Of a DNA stretch of 64,000 bases, positions 62,635 to 64,000 are shown piece by piece. The position numbers and the translations under genes were made by a program. Source of the DNA: Octopus sinensis (taxonomy: Eukaryota); the NCBI RefSeq assembly GCF_006345805.1, contig NC_043010.1:61008001-61072000 (forward strand), written 5' to 3'. The notes beneath the pieces are model-generated. The model did no database searches and was not told the DNA's origin. It saw nothing but the letters and a program-made list of their open reading frames with translations. Every line of letters begins with the position of its first letter. The first letter of the stretch is position 1.

Positions 62635-62979
62635 GACAAAGTAATAGAGGTGGAGAGAGGGGATGTAGTGTGAGAGAGAGAGAGGAGAGTGAAGGTGTGA
62701 GGTATGTACGGTAGAGGTGGAGGCTGCTTGCTCGGCAACAGAGGCAGCAGCAGCGATGATGGCCCAGATGAGGTGAAACTGGTGGTGGGGGGAGGATGGT
62801 GGAGAAGTTTGGTGAGCGATTGCTCATGTCTGGGGCAGCAGCAGCAACAACAACAACAACACTATCATCGTCAAACGAAGGCAGACAAACTGAAGCAGTT
62901 ATACCGTGGATGAGAATAAACATAGAAACACACAAGCTAAGCATTACAAACAAACTAAAGTCGGGCGTAAATAGATATT

Positions 62980-63945
62980 CACCCTCCATCTTTCCTTTCC
63001 ACCTCCCTCCATTCACTTCTCTCTTCCTGTTTAAAACCTCTCACTACCACCACTACCTCCCTCTTTCTATCTCTTACACTTTTCATTTATTTCTTCTACT
63101 CTCTCTCTCTCTCCCTCCCACCTTCTCTCACGCTTTTCCTCTTTCTTATTCCCTTTTCCTTTTACTCTCATTCAGACACCTCTCTATCTTTAAGTTCTAT
63201 TTTCTTTCTTTCTTTTCTACATCTTCCTCTTTCTCACCCTCTTCGTCACAAACACGTACACATACGCACTCTCTCTCTCTCTCTCTGCATTCTCTTCTCT
63301 TCTTTCTCTTTTTCCTCTTCCTTTTTCTCACTATCGTTCAACCTCCTCGCTTTCTCACTCTCTATTTCCATTCATTTCTCCTTTCTCTTCCTTCCTCACT
63401 ATATCACCTTCTCTCTTTCTGCTTCTTCATTTCTCTCCTATATTCTTCCTCTTCATTTTACTCTTTTCCCCGTATTTCTAAATTCACTCTCTCTCATACT
63501 CTCTACTTTTCTCCAAGGGGGTAGTGGTGGGGTTTCATTCCTCTAACCCTTCTGCTCCCTACTTTCGTTTTCTTCATCTTTTCTTTTCGCCTTTTTTCTC
63601 TTACCCTTTTCTTTCTTTACTCTTCATTTCCTTCTTGCTCTCCTTTTCTTCTTTCTCTTTCCATTTCCGATTTTCCTCTTCCTCCTCCCAATAATTTTTC
63701 CTCCTTCTCTTAGCACCTCTCTTCCTTCTCACTATTTTCCTCTCCCCTCTCCTCTCTCCATCACTACCTCTCTAATTCTCTCCTCCCACCCACCCACCCC
63801 CGCCGAAAACGGTTTCCCTTTTACACTTTCTTTCCCTCTCCTCTTTTTCCCCACTTCCTCCTACCTTCTTTGATTCTCTTCCTCTTCCTCATAATCCCTT
63901 TTCCTTGTCCTCACTCATCTATCCTCCTTCCACTCCTCTCTCTAT
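62980..63945. repeat. ~1-kb polypyrimidine/polypurine low-complexity tract
   Basis: Almost exclusively C/T on the + strand. Confidence 0.9.
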
Positions 63946-64000
63946 ATATAAGACGTTACCGTCTGCTAACATTACACGCTGTTTGCTTTTCCTCCTCCTA

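Noticed and set aside
62796-63524. 242-aa hydrophobic ORF as a membrane protein
   Set aside because: Its F/L/S richness comes from the polypyrimidine tract.

Overview
AT-rich, microsatellite-dense animal DNA. The repeat content looks like a coleoid cephalopod (Octopus-like), which is an inference. The only credible host CDS is an uninterrupted C2H2 zinc-finger ORF on the minus strand (ATG 10547 to stop 8364, 727 aa). It has 11 TGEKP-linked fingers, polyQ/H/G/N tracts and apparent fossil fingers at the N-terminus. The rest is layered mobile DNA: three tRNA-headed SINE families, RTE, CR1-group and R4/Dong-like LINE fragments, a full-length dead mariner, Tc1/maT-like fossils, a non-autonomous Helitron, piggyBac/Tigger MITEs and a decayed Penelope-like (RT + GIY-YIG) ORF. 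The most striking unexplained signal is about a dozen short inserts, many abutting (TA)n tracts, that carry whole or partial hammerhead-ribozyme folds from several families. One family has a non-canonical CUGUUGA-A core in all three copies. Several inserts are fold-back palindromes, and one folds back exactly at the ribozyme's stem II. All calls were made by eye, and boundaries of degenerate elements are approximate.
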